Below are positions 10,333 through 21,674 of a stretch of 64,000 bases of DNA, piece by piece. Location of the stretch: contig OZ316899.1 in the NCBI GenBank assembly GCA_973895155.1, forward strand, positions 1,387,573 to 1,451,572, given 5' to 3'. The notes below the pieces were generated by a model. The model was not told where the DNA came from and did not search any database. It was given only the letters and a program-made list of their open reading frames with translations. The position numbers were made by a program, and so were the translations under genes. Within the stretch, counting starts at the first letter, position 1, and each line of letters starts with the position of its first letter. The stretch is from Marsupella aquatica. Lineage: Eukaryota > Plantae > Marchantiophyta.

Positions 10333-12810
10333 CTATCTGCTCAACAACCCTTGAGTGACAACGTCCGGCCATGAAGGAGGAGTAGGTAACCTTACTAGTC
10401 TCCTAAGTGACTTATACCCTTGAGCAGAAGAGTTCATAGCCTTATTCCGTATCAACTGTTCTCGTAGCTTAACAAGCTCTTTCTCGTACTTATGTGGAAC
10501 AACATACCCTTCATGGCAGACCCAAACAGAGTATTGGTATGGCCAAGGAAATTCAGGAGCAATTGGCGGAAAAGGGGTTTCAGTTTGGCGGAGCATATAC
10601 ACCCAACACCAAATTTCAAACTCCGAAAACTTATGTCGTCTCTCCTTGTCAATTGGAGGAACTGCCCTACCAGGTTTATATGTACAAATCAAAGAACAAA
10701 TGCTTGGATGATATGTACTTGCCAAAATCTGCTGTTGTTGAAATATACTCTCCATCTCTAAATGCCGAAAAGCTATCCGAAAATCTTTCTTCTCCCACTT
10801 ATGAATTGAAGCAAGGTTAGGTATAGGAATTAGGGATGGTAGTACCATTGTGTGCCGAAGTCTGGGAGGTACTCTGATAATACGAGGATCTTCGTCTTCC
10901 TCTCCATCGCTTGGAGCTCCTTTCCAACGAAAAATAATGTTTGGGTTCGAAGAAGGTATCACCGACTCCCTAGTAGGCCAACGTGATAGTACAACAGGAG
11001 ACAAAGATGCAGGAGGTGGAGAAGAATTCCCCATTGTTGTGTTGATTGGCTCCAGCTGCTCAAAATCCGGTGAATTTGCTTCATGAAAGATCTATCGATT
11101 TCTTACATGACGCAACCTTTTCCGAGGTCTTCGAGTATATGTCACTTGAAATTGCTCCGTAATAAGTGAACTCTCATCTCCAAGTGATATCCAAGTACCC
11201 TTATCTCTGCTTGAATCTAGTAAGATAGAAGCTGATGCAGAGCTAAATGCCAAATCAGGTGTTCCAGACAGAGGTATGGGTGGAGATACACTCTTGGTCT
11301 CAGGTAGCCCTAAATTGCTTGAAGGCCCAAGAGATGGAGTGGTTTGTTGACTGTGTTGAGACTCAAGCAATCTCTCCTCTGGAAGGTAAGCTGGAGAAAC
11401 CCAATCAACAGATGGGAGTGGAGGAGGTCCTTTTCTCGCCAATGCTTCTGCTAACTCCTCAGACATAATTAGAGCAACTGTTATCCTGGTTTCGGGGGTC
11501 GGCCACATAGGAAATGGCATGACAAAATTAGGTGGATTCGGTTGTTCAGCTACTCCTTCTACATCTACTATTTTGTCCTCTGAATCAGCCTTAAACAACT
11601 TTACGAGCTGCATGCATAATACCGCCGGAGGTTCCACTGATTGTTGTACAAGAGGAACCACATCTAGGCTTGGGGAGGGACTACGAGAATCTTCTGAATT
11701 ATACTCCTGTAAAGCTTTTAAAGCATTATTACTCACTTCCATGGGTGGTGAAGCAGGGTTCTGTGAAGTTTTATCATACCCATCCGCTACAGTAGTATAT
11801 TGTTGAGAAGGTTCTCCTGGTAAGCTTTCTTCATCCACATCCATCCTATCTTCGTCATTCGCTCTGAAAGCAGAATTGTCCTAATCAAGATCTTGATCCT
11901 CTGATGGGTGGGAAAGAATTGGCTCGTCTCTCCCGCCAACTGGTTCTCTTGTCTCTTTCAGTCTCTGAACTTCATTTACCAGCTCAGATTCTTCGCAAGT
12001 GAGTAGTTCGCATAACGCCACCAGTATTGAACTGGATCGGACTTCTCGTACTTCCGACAACTCATTTGCTTCACAGGTAGATGCGCTCCGATGGGTACGA
12101 TAGAAGACTTTCTCTAAGAGGAGCAGACATTTATGCTTGTGATAAATGTGAGCTAGATAGGGAGTCAAGTTGGTAAATCTCAACTTCCCAGCTTGCAACC
12201 TGCTACGAAAGTTCTTTACCTGGGTATGAATTACCCTATATAAGATCTTCGTCCAATTGATGGTCTGCTTCTGTTCTAATGAAGAGATAACGGTGGCAGC
12301 GAAAGAAAGAGTAATACGTGTCTGACTCTCTAGATAGAAAATTGGTGACAGAAATCGAAAAAGATGTTGCAAAGAGGTAACTAAACAGTCCGCGGTTACC
12401 CAACCATTTCGCCTCTTAAAGGATTCAGGAGCAAAGAAAGACTCTATATAAGCTCGGGGCTCTCCATCAATCCTCTGCAAATCCTCGCCCGTTGTTGGCG
12501 TCGAGTAGACTCCCGCTATGAGCCCTTCAGTCCAAACACTTGGACGCGAGCGGACACCGATTCCTTCCTCAGCATCTCACACACCTTGATTGATGAGGCT
12601 GAACTCGCACATCCTCCAAGGGAAACGAAGTAATTTCTTCAAGCCCATCAACGCAAGATTTGTCCTCAATTGTCGGCGGTCCACCATATTTGACGGGATA
12701 ATTGCGAGTATTGGTCGCATCGTAAGTTTGGACTCCACCATCGCGTCAATCGTGAAGGACGCTTCTCTAGCCGTTCCTAGAAGTGGACGCTTCTCGCAGC
12801 ATCCCGTCAA
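10333..12810 (-). pseudogene. Accessory ORF of E (~826 codons, three internal stops); N-terminal part resembles plant-mobile-domain/plant-transposon-protein-like ORFs
   Basis: ORFs 12577..12810, 11881..12480, 11092..11844 and 10333..11034 are in one frame, each separated only by a single TGA or TAG. Motifs MGLKKLLRFPW, TEGLIAGVYSTP, INWTKIL, LTPYLAHIY. Confidence 0.7.
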
Positions 12811-12961
12811 GACTAAGTTTTAGGGTGGATGCTTCTCGGGAGCGTCCAGTGCAAAAACAAAAATTCCGAACACTTGTAAAGGGGGAGGGAATGCTGATTC
12901 TAATTAAGTACAAACTACCTACCGCCCTCCACTTAAACTACGACCTGTCCCAGGTGAAACA

Positions 12962-14560
12962 CTAAATAGGAGATTCATGATATCGCTTAACCCGAAGTCC
13001 ATTGATTCGGGTGTCAAGTGGGTGACCGTCTAAGGTAGTCAAGGAAACCGAACCGTTAGCCCAGATTTGGGTAACTCGATAAGGACCAATCCAATGGGTA
13101 TGGAGTTTCCCAGGAAATAACATATAACGGGAATCAAAGACTAATGCTAAATCGCCAACATCTAAATTCACGACTCGCAGCTTTTGATCATAAACAAGCT
13201 TACGCTTGTTCTGAATTGTAGCTGTATGATCTAACGCTAAAAGTTGAACTTCTTCTAATTTGACAATATCAGAAAACCTATGTGGGAGACTAGCCGCTGG
13301 AGAGAGACGGTTGGATACCAAGAGTCGTTCTGTCGGGAAGGAGAATTCAATAGGAATAATACTGTCTAGGCCATAAGTCAGGTAGAAGGGAGTGTGAAGG
13401 GTTGTAATTTTCTCGGCAGTACGGTAAGCCCATAATGCAGAATGTAACTTCACATCCCAGTCTGTCTTGTGAGACTCCACCATCTTATTCAGGATCTTGC
13501 CCATAATGCCATTAGCTCTTTCCGTTAAGCCATTAGCTCTGGGGTTGTAAGGAGTAGTTTTACGATGCTTGATAAGATATGTGTCAGTAATTAACTCAAT
13601 AGTTGAGTTAAGAAAATGCAAACCCCTATCGCTTACCAACTCCAAAGGACACCCGAATCGAGTAATAATGTGCTCAAAGAGAAATGCAGCCGCTGTTGTA
13701 GCATCATTCTTGCGAGTAGCTTTAGCCTCCACCCATTTGGTGGCATAATCAGTGGCCAGAATAATGTATTTACTTCGGCTTTTCCGAGCTGCTGGTGAAA
13801 TTGGGCCAATAAAATCAATACCCCATTTCTCAAATGGTGCCAAAGGTAGGATGGGCGTAAGAGGCCATTTGGAACTAGCAGTGGGTTTGCCTATTCTTTG
13901 ACAGGGGTCACACGTCTTAATAAAGTTGTAAGTATCTCTATGCATGGTAGGCCACCAGTACCCAACATCCAAAATTTTCTTTACAGTAGTATTGACAGCA
14001 TAATGGCCACCTGTTTCTCCAGAATGTAAAGCTTCAATTACTTGTGGGAGTTCCCTGTTCTCCAGACATCGTCGCATCTTCTGATCAGGACCTTGTTTAA
14101 ACAAAGTGCCCTGAATGATAGTATAAGGCCCCACCTTATGTGCAAAAACAGCTCGTTCTTCCGCATTAAGGCCTTCAGGAAAACTACCATGAATCAACAT
14201 GTGCACAATATCGAAATACCGTGAAGACTCTCCTTCAATGTGCCACAAATGCTCATCTGGGAATTCATCAGAAAGATTATGCTGATTCTCTGGCCCGGGT
14301 AAGCGAGAGAAGAAATTGGCATTTTCATGATGCTTGCCAGGTCGTATCTGAACTTCATAATCGAATTCCTGGAGTAATAAAACCCATCGCGCTACTCGTC
14401 CTGAGAGATCCACTTGGTTAACCAAGTACTTCAAGGAATTATGATCAGTGTGAAATATCACCTGATACCCCAATAAATAGTGCCGAAACTTCTTGCAAGC
14501 AAACACAATAGCAAGAGCTTCACGTTCAGTGACTGAGTAATTTTTCTCTGTTGCACTCAT
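12962..14560 (-). CDS. pol: RNase H C-terminus plus integrase of E (532-aa open frame)
   Basis: HTDHNSLKY; H..GGHY..CDPC zinc-binding motif; WGIDFIGP, LVSDRG, NGLTERANG catalytic core; WIGPY. No chromodomain. Confidence 0.92.
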   Translation of the reverse strand: MSATEKNYSVTEREALAIVFACKKFRHYLLGYQVIFHTDHNSLKYLVNQVDLSGRVARWVLLLQEFDYEVQIRPGKHHENANFFSRLPGPENQHNLSDEFPDEHLWHIEGESSRYFDIVHMLIHGSFPEGLNAEERAVFAHKVGPYTIIQGTLFKQGPDQKMRRCLENRELPQVIEALHSGETGGHYAVNTTVKKILDVGYWWPTMHRDTYNFIKTCDPCQRIGKPTASSKWPLTPILPLAPFEKWGIDFIGPISPAARKSRSKYIILATDYATKWVEAKATRKNDATTAAAFLFEHIITRFGCPLELVSDRGLHFLNSTIELITDTYLIKHRKTTPYNPRANGLTERANGIMGKILNKMVESHKTDWDVKLHSALWAYRTAEKITTLHTPFYLTYGLDSIIPIEFSFPTERLLVSNRLSPAASLPHRFSDIVKLEEVQLLALDHTATIQNKRKLVYDQKLRVVNLDVGDLALVFDSRYMLFPGKLHTHWIGPYRVTQIWANGSVSLTTLDGHPLDTRINGLRVKRYHESPI

Positions 14561-15117
14561 TTGGCGACTAGCATAATAAATTGGGTGATTCCGATTCTCA
14601 GGATCTTTTTTACTAAGATTAGCACCAATACAGAAGGCAGAAGAATCAATGAAGACATGAAACTTCTTAGTCTAATCCGGGGGTGACAGAATAGGTGCAG
14701 AGATTAACTGATCTTTGAGCAACTGGAATGCCTGCTGTCGAACCTCATTCCACGCATATTCCACATCGTTTTTTAACAAGTGGGTTAAGGGAAAAGCAAT
14801 ATCAGCATGCTTATAAATAAATCGACGATAGTATCCCACATGCCCCAGGGAAAGCACAAAGTTGCTTCAAATCAGCTGGTGGTTGTAACTCCACAATCAC
14901 CCTAACTTTATCCTTATCAACTTCTATGCCGCATTGCGAAATAACATGGCCTAGCAAGATTCCCTCTTTCATGCCAATGAAACACTTTTCTAGGTGTAGA
15001 CAAAGCTGGGCCTCTCTGCACTTCCGAAATGTCTTTTCTAAATGCACCATGTGTTCAGCAGCCGATCCATAAACACAGAAGTCATCAATAAAAATCTCCA
15101 TGAAATGCTGCAAATAC
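14561..15117 (-). pseudogene. RT C-terminal half and connection of E
   Basis: YLQHFMEIFIDDFCVYG; GHVGYYRRFI; frameshifted. Confidence 0.9.
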
Positions 15118-17797
15118 TGTGACGCCGATGACATGGTCCTTATTCTATAATCTGAGTAACTAGGTTGCTGTATGCAAGGAGTAGCTATTGATACCGCATA
15201 ACAATTAGCAAGCTGGCAAGAATAAGGGCAATCATGGTGTTAAGAGTAGGGATAAAGGTATTTCAGCTTGAACACAACCAAGGCAGACACAGTTGAGGTA
15301 GTCACTATCAAGGCCACAAAGGAGAAGCTTGGGAAGAGAGGAGGAAGCGAGTCTCCATAACTGAATATGAAGTTGTGTGGTATGGTGATTGTTCTCATGA
15401 TAAAATTTGAATGTCTTGGGTGTGTAGCTTCATTTTGTTAGTTAGGTTAGTGGTTCATAGTCTAGTCTTAGAATGTTAGGGACATAAAAGGCTATGTCGC
15501 GCGTGGTTGGCAACCATATCTCGTTCAATATGTCACCAAATCCGGATCTGTAAAGAGCATTGGAAAGATATGGTCAAGGCGAGTAAAATCGATATAAAAC
15601 ACTCGGGAAACGGAGGTGTATTAAGGAAGATACGGCCTGATTAGTGTGACGGGTTAACTTGTGGCCGAAATTAGCGGATTCGGCTTCAGTTTCGGGTTAA
15701 CCCAAGCTCGGCCACGGCTTAGCTTAGGTAAGCACGACTTCAGCTTAGCTTAGGTAAGCACGGCTTCAGCTTATCTCAGGTAAGCACGGCTTCAGCTTAG
15801 CTCAAGTAAGCACAGCTTCAGCTTAGGCTTAACCCGGGTTTGGATTAGATTGATCCCGGGTTAGACTTAACTTGGGTTAGCCTAAACTCGGGCTCAGGTT
15901 AGCATAGGTAAGCTCGGGTTCGGGCTCAGCTTAGGTTAGCGGTTAGCGGATAGCGGGTAGCGGCCTAACCCGAGACCACGGGTTAGCTCTACTCGGGTTA
16001 GATAGGATAGCTAGGTTAGCCGAACTCGGGTTAGCTATGTAACTCGGGTTAGCGCAGCAGTGAGTACCCCCTCTCGGTTGCGGGGGCATAACTCTCTGTG
16101 TATTTGACCAAATTGGCTATAATTGACTTCGTTGGAAAGAGGAGCTCAAGCCACTTCCAACACTGCTATCCACCCAGCAAATGGTTGAATAGAGAAATCA
16201 GGAGAGGAGGCGCAAGCTCGCAAAAACCATGGAGGAGGGCCAAATCCGAAGTACATAGCCAATTCGAGATAGAAATAAAGTTGCGAGTTAGGGTTCAGTA
16301 GTTAGAGATAGTGGCGACTCTGTTAGGGCTGGGATGGGGCTCCAGCAGCGTAGTATCCACCCATTTGGGCTCAGTATGAGAGTATATAGAGCAGCCCCCG
16401 ATAGAGGCAGGGGGGGACTTCAGTTGTGTGATCTCACTTAGACTGAGCAGCAGGGAGGAGCTGTGTGCAAGCAAGGCTGGACTTGGATGCTGCGTGTTGG
16501 GGAGAGCTTGGTTGTGCTATTACTCAGGGAGTAATCAGCCAAGCTTCACAACTGCAACGGGTTGCTAGGTTTGCGAGTTGGATTGTGGCTCTTTCTAGTG
16601 GGCAGCACAACTGGGTTCTTTTCCCCCGATACAGAGCCTTGGTGATAGGTGATGTATTGGTGATTGTAAACTGTGGGGAGGATGTCAATTTGATTTGTGG
16701 TGAGCACGTTAGGGAGGCTGAGACACTGATTGAGGGGCAGCAGGAGGAGCATTTACAGTTCAGTCTGGCAAGGCTACGTGATCCATGGGGAGTCCCGACC
16801 TTTGTCTGGTGGAGAGCACTAAGGGATCTATGGCCAGAGCGGAGCTTGCAGGGCAAGCATGAGGCCGGGCCTCATTGCAGTCTGGGGTAGATCGCCGTTA
16901 GGCCTGGTACCAGCTTTGAAGTCGAGTCAACTGTGCATGCGTAACTTGACATTCGGAAATGGAGGTGTGAGATCTGTATGTGCCCCCAAGAATGAAGTGC
17001 AGTGAAGGAGGTTGAGTTCAGGATTGAGTTTGCAAGGCAAGTACGGGATTGGTTCGAGTCCAATCTGCCGTCGCAATCTGGATTGAGTCGGGCTCAGGTT
17101 CAGGATTGAGCTTGCATGACAAGCACGGGGCTTGCGGGGCAAGCACGTCGCAATCTGGAGGAGACAGCCTTTGGGCCTAGTGTTCGGATCAAGTGTTCTC
17201 AATGAACTATTGTGCACATCTTTGAATCTAATTGAGTTTTCCTCTTCGGGCTCATTTCTCTCATGGATGTGTGTGTGTGTGAGGCAATCTGAGTGTATGA
17301 TGGGACTAGCAGCGCCACTGAGAGGTGTACAGGGTGCATTGAAGCGGGCTGGGTGAGGACTGTCATAGCTCTAATTGCTGAGAGTGGAATGGCAGAGTGG
17401 TGGGGCAATGGCTTAGAAGCCCCTAAGCCGGGAATCAGTCAGGAGTCACTGGTTTATGGGTACATTCCGGCGGCGGAATAGAAACATACCTATGACAGTA
17501 AGCATACGTATAGACCTATGGGCACCGTAGCGCTAGGCCCTGTGTGTACGGGCCCGATATGAAGACCCCTTCTCACCAGAACTATCATGAGCACAGATCT
17601 GATCCCCAACCTTGGTTCCTTGGGATTGAGCTTGGGTGATGTGTGATAGAGTCTTGCTATGATAGTCTGGTGTTAAGGGCATAAATTGGTGTTTACCGGC
17701 CTTCACAACATCCCTTCGTGATCCTCGGGTACAAGGAGATGGTTTTGGCACCCATAGTGACATTTTTGGTGTTAAGACCCATGTCAATCGCGTGACA
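15118..17797. mobile_element. Solo LTR F (2680 bp) inserted in the RT of E
   Basis: TG..CA termini; TSD AATAC (15113-15117 and 17798-17802). Removal restores FQEYL|QHFMEIFIDD. No internal direct repeat or pol. Confidence 0.85.
15712..15826. repeat. 26-bp tandem array in F
   Basis: GCACGGCTTCAGCTTAGCTTAGGTAA-like units at 15732, 15758, 15784 and 15810, followed by degenerate CTCGGGTTAG repeats to ~16050. Confidence 0.85.
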
Positions 17798-18949
17798 AAT
17801 ACTCCTGAAAAATAATCATCATAATGCGTTGGAAGGTACCCGGGGCATTACACAGACCAAAAGGCATCATGGTAAATGCATACGTGCCCCAGTCAGTGGT
17901 GAACGTAGTCTTGTCACGGTCTTCCTTTTGTATGGACACCTGGTTATAACCAGAGTACCCATCTAAGAACTGTACAGCTCATGAAGAGCCACCGAATCAA
18001 GTACCAAATCGATAAATGACAAAGGATAATGATCTTTTCGAGTGGCAGCGTTCAGTTTCCGAAAGTCTTGACAAACTCAAATTTTTGTTTTACCATCTGG
18101 CCCTGGCTTCTTGGGAACAATGACTATTGGTGAGACCCATTCACTACTCAGGACCGGATAGACAAATCCAACATCGGTGAGCTTGTCTAGCTCTTCTTTG
18201 ACTAGAATGGAATATTTGGGGTTCAAACGGTACTGCCTCTGACGGACAGGTACTGCTCCTTCCATGAGATCAATGCGGTGTTCTCCCAAATGTGGATGGA
18301 TACCTTTTAAGTCGGAGTGACTCCAAGCAAAGACATCTTTATACTGGGTCAATAAACTGATATACTGTTCCCGCAGCTTCCCTTGGATGTGTTTACCAAT
18401 ATTCAAAAACTTGCCTGGCTCAATTTCAACCTTCTGACACGCCTTAGAATCCACAATTCCATCTGTGAGATTTGCCGGCTGGAGTTCAAGTTCGGATATT
18501 TCCGGTTCAGATGGCCCAGGGGTGGACGTCATTCCTATACCATGGCTAGGGCCTTCAGTAACATCCGTAACAGGAGGGCTGGCTACTGCTGAACAAGATT
18601 CCGATGTGGAAGTTAATTGCCAGGAGGGCCTGGTCGCGGTAATAGGGGTGTCTGACAGATAAACCTCCAAGTAACGAACTTCCTCAAATTCGAATTCTAG
18701 TGGCTGCAAGACAAGCGAAGAGGTCAAAAAATCCAAAGTGTACCCATCATCAGTTTGTGTTTCTCCAAAATGTGGTTCCGGAATCCAACTAACAATCACC
18801 TTAGGCTTCCCAAATGACAGTTCTTGGGATTGCCAATTGACTTGCACTTGAGCTTTGTATAACCAAGGCCGGCCCAACAGAACAGGAAAGCTGGGAAGGT
18901 ATTTTCGGATTAATGACCACATAGTCCAAAAGAAAAGGAACACCAGCAA
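17798..18949 (-). pseudogene. RT N-terminal half of E
   Basis: EHRIDLMEGAVPVRQRQYRLNP..SEWVSPIVIVPKK..FLDGYSGYNQV..MPFGLCNAPGTFQR; one stop, and a frameshift relative to gag-pro. Confidence 0.9.
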
Positions 18950-21674
18950 TCAAAGTTTCCACTTGGCTCAACTTCCCAACCGGAACAACACGAGACTGAT
19001 CTGCCATGCGCAAAATTTTTGATGTGGGCTCAAACTTGGTGAACCCCAGATTAAACGCCACGGGCTGAGTAATCAGATTAACACTGGCTTCCCCATCCAC
19101 AGGAACTCTCCTGATGACACACCCCTGAATTTGGACCTCAATTTCCATGGGTCCTTTGTCCTCCCCTTCCGTTCGCAGTACATCTACAGAAGGTAATTTC
19201 TTCCTCCTTCGTTTTCCTGCTAGTAGTCCTCTCAGTTGCCGTCGATAAACTGGGTTATCCTGCAATAGTTCCCCAATGGTGATACAAGCAGGATGATTCT
19301 TGACATCTTCCACAATATTATAACCTTGATTTTTCAGTGGTGTCTTAGCTTCTACTACCAATGGCGGATCTGGGGGCCTCTCTTGCTCCTTGACTAGCTC
19401 CTCCAGGTGGTCTTTCACCTCCGAAGAGATATCTGGTAAGAAGTACTTTGGATCATATCTATCATAAGCAGGGTCGTCTTCTTTTGGCAGTCCTTCCTCA
19501 CATGGCAAGCGCTTATTATTCTTGGAAGCTTTCGAGACCTTTTGATGCTCATGCTTCTTGGATTCCTTTTCCTTCGAACGAGTAGTTGCGAAGATATTAG
19601 TCAGAACTCTATCCCTATTCTGGACTCGGTCGTTTGGCATACCAACTACTTCAGGTTTCACCAAATGACTCACCAGAACATCCGGCACTACCCCTGATAC
19701 GGGCTGGTGAAACAGGGAGTCTGGCTTTAATTCCACCCGATATATATCCATATGTTGAATAAAGTTACACTGCTCCACCTCTTCAGAATAAACCATTCGG
19801 ACTTTAGCTTTAGGCCGACTTGCTTCTTTAACTGGTTCTTGAGCAAATCGAACCATCAGTCTAGGTTTAGCCGGATTTGGGTATTCCACAGGTAGGTGCC
19901 CTTCCTTCCCACAGTTTCCACAAACAGGGGTATAACCCACTTCTTGCTTAGGATAAGGACACTGTGGGGAATAATGGTCGGGTTGCCCACAATTCCAGCA
20001 AGCCCCTTTTTGACGCGGCACTCCCCTAGGTGGATATCCTCCCGGTGGTCCCATTGGTGGTCTTGGTACTGGTCTATTGAAGGCGGTCTTAGGCGGTCCC
20101 CAATTTGCCATGGGAGGTGGAGCTGGCGGAAAGTACTGTCTGGTGGGTGTTGTTTGGACAGTATATGCGGGGTCATACTCATACTCCTCAACCTCCTCCT
20201 GACCATCTATGTAATTCATAGGAAGTCGCAATGTGGGACACTCATTCGGGTAATGGCCCTGCTGGCTGCATCGGGTACACCATACATTCATTCTCATGGG
20301 AGGTGGCAGCCTCCGTACGGGTTTCACGGTTGCGATATTGACATTTAATTTGGACAATTGGCCAGAGAGTTCTTCCATCATGCGATCCATTTTCTTCTGG
20401 TTGGGGCTTTTGCCCTTCACCTTGGTGGGGGCCTTCCTCTTTTTAGGGGCAGTGGGTTCTGAATCGGAACTTGAGCTCGAACTATCACTGGTACTTGAGT
20501 TTGTACTCTCCTCATCCTCACTAGTGCTGCTTTCACTCGATTCTGCCTCTGAGTCAGATTTAGACCTTGCCCGTTTCTTCTTCTTCCGTTTGTCTTTCTT
20601 CAGATCCTTCTTAACTCGCTTTCTCTCAGAAATTTCCGAGTCCACATACTTCTGGGCTGCCTCTTGTACCTCTTCCAGAGTTGTGCCGCCTTCTCTTCTC
20701 ACATAACGGGCAATCCTGGAGGGTAAACCATTGATAAACCAGTCTTTAATAGTAGACTTCGAGGTTGTTGGGTTGTATTGATCTACCAGATCCAATAATT
20801 TATCAGCGTATTTCCTCATAGACCCATGTTTTTTCATGTGGAGATGCAAGATTCGAGCAAAGGCACGCGCAGCTGCCCCCTCTTCTTTATATTTGGCCAA
20901 GAAGGTAGCCTTCAATTTTCCCCAATCCTGCTTGTCCGGGAAACGGTCATACCATTTTTGAGCCCCCTTCTTCATCAATCCACCGAACAGATTGGCCTTT
21001 TCAGCATGTTGGCTCTGTCCATTGGATGCTGCTGTAGCCTCAAACTCTTTTAAATACACCTCTACGTCCTCTTTGGAGGTACCAAAGAACCGGTCGTATC
21101 GCACATTATTGCGAGCCATCGTGGTTGGAGCTACGGGTAGAGCTGAGCGGGTAGCAAAAGGTAAATTGAGCGGTGTAGCAAATGGGTTCGGGCTACCTAA
21201 GCCTGAACTGCTGCTGCTTGTCTCACTAGAGGACGAACCCCCAGTTTCACCCAGTGAGTCTGCATTATCCAACTGCAAAAAGTCGTCAGGCTTCTCTTGG
21301 GACAACAATTCTGCAATTGTGCTCTCGGAAATGTGAGAGGAAGGTTCTTCGACTACACTCCCTTTTCCAGAGTTAATTCGGCTTGAGGAATGGCCAGTCC
21401 TTTGGTGGAGGCTGGTCTTTTGTGATCCGACCAATTTTGGGCCTGAACGAAGGTTTACAAACAGAGGTCGTGATGACGTAGGACTTCCCACCGAGCCACT
21501 TGGTATTGCTTCCTGAATAGATCTTACCTGCTTCCACACACTCCCAGGTGCAGGTGCTCCTGGTGATTGCAACTCGGGTATCAATGTTTGAGGAGTTGCT
21601 ACTGATCTTGTGGCATCCGAATTGCTGGAGGTCCTGGTAAGTTTTTCCTTATTTGGTGGATCTCCTTCAGACAT
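18801..21674 (-). CDS. gag: Gag (CCHC knuckles) plus protease of E, 957 aa
   Basis: Gag core (DVEVYLKEFE..WFINGLP), knuckles CTRCSQQGHYPNEC and CWNCGQPDHYSPQC, protease VDGEASVNLI. Homologous to the N-terminal half of the B ORF. Confidence 0.9.
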   Translation of the reverse strand: MSEGDPPNKEKLTRTSSNSDATRSVATPQTLIPELQSPGAPAPGSVWKQVRSIQEAIPSGSVGSPTSSRPLFVNLRSGPKLVGSQKTSLHQRTGHSSSRINSGKGSVVEEPSSHISESTIAELLSQEKPDDFLQLDNADSLGETGGSSSSETSSSSSGLGSPNPFATPLNLPFATRSALPVAPTTMARNNVRYDRFFGTSKEDVEVYLKEFEATAASNGQSQHAEKANLFGGLMKKGAQKWYDRFPDKQDWGKLKATFLAKYKEEGAAARAFARILHLHMKKHGSMRKYADKLLDLVDQYNPTTSKSTIKDWFINGLPSRIARYVRREGGTTLEEVQEAAQKYVDSEISERKRVKKDLKKDKRKKKKRARSKSDSEAESSESSTSEDEESTNSSTSDSSSSSSDSEPTAPKKRKAPTKVKGKSPNQKKMDRMMEELSGQLSKLNVNIATVKPVRRLPPPMRMNVWCTRCSQQGHYPNECPTLRLPMNYIDGQEEVEEYEYDPAYTVQTTPTRQYFPPAPPPMANWGPPKTAFNRPVPRPPMGPPGGYPPRGVPRQKGACWNCGQPDHYSPQCPYPKQEVGYTPVCGNCGKEGHLPVEYPNPAKPRLMVRFAQEPVKEASRPKAKVRMVYSEEVEQCNFIQHMDIYRVELKPDSLFHQPVSGVVPDVLVSHLVKPEVVGMPNDRVQNRDRVLTNIFATTRSKEKESKKHEHQKVSKASKNNKRLPCEEGLPKEDDPAYDRYDPKYFLPDISSEVKDHLEELVKEQERPPDPPLVVEAKTPLKNQGYNIVEDVKNHPACITIGELLQDNPVYRRQLRGLLAGKRRRKKLPSVDVLRTEGEDKGPMEIEVQIQGCVIRRVPVDGEASVNLITQPVAFNLGFTKFEPTSKILRMADQSRVVPVGKLSQVETLIAGVPFLLDYVVINPKIPSQLSCSVGPALVIQSSSASQLAIPRTVIWEA

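Noticed and set aside
12962-13100. Chromodomain at the end of E or B integrase
   Set aside because: Both ORFs end shortly after the GPY motif; no chromodomain residues.
16465-16890. 141-aa ORF in solo LTR F as a gene
   Set aside because: No ATG start and no recognisable domain; cannot be supported without homology searches.
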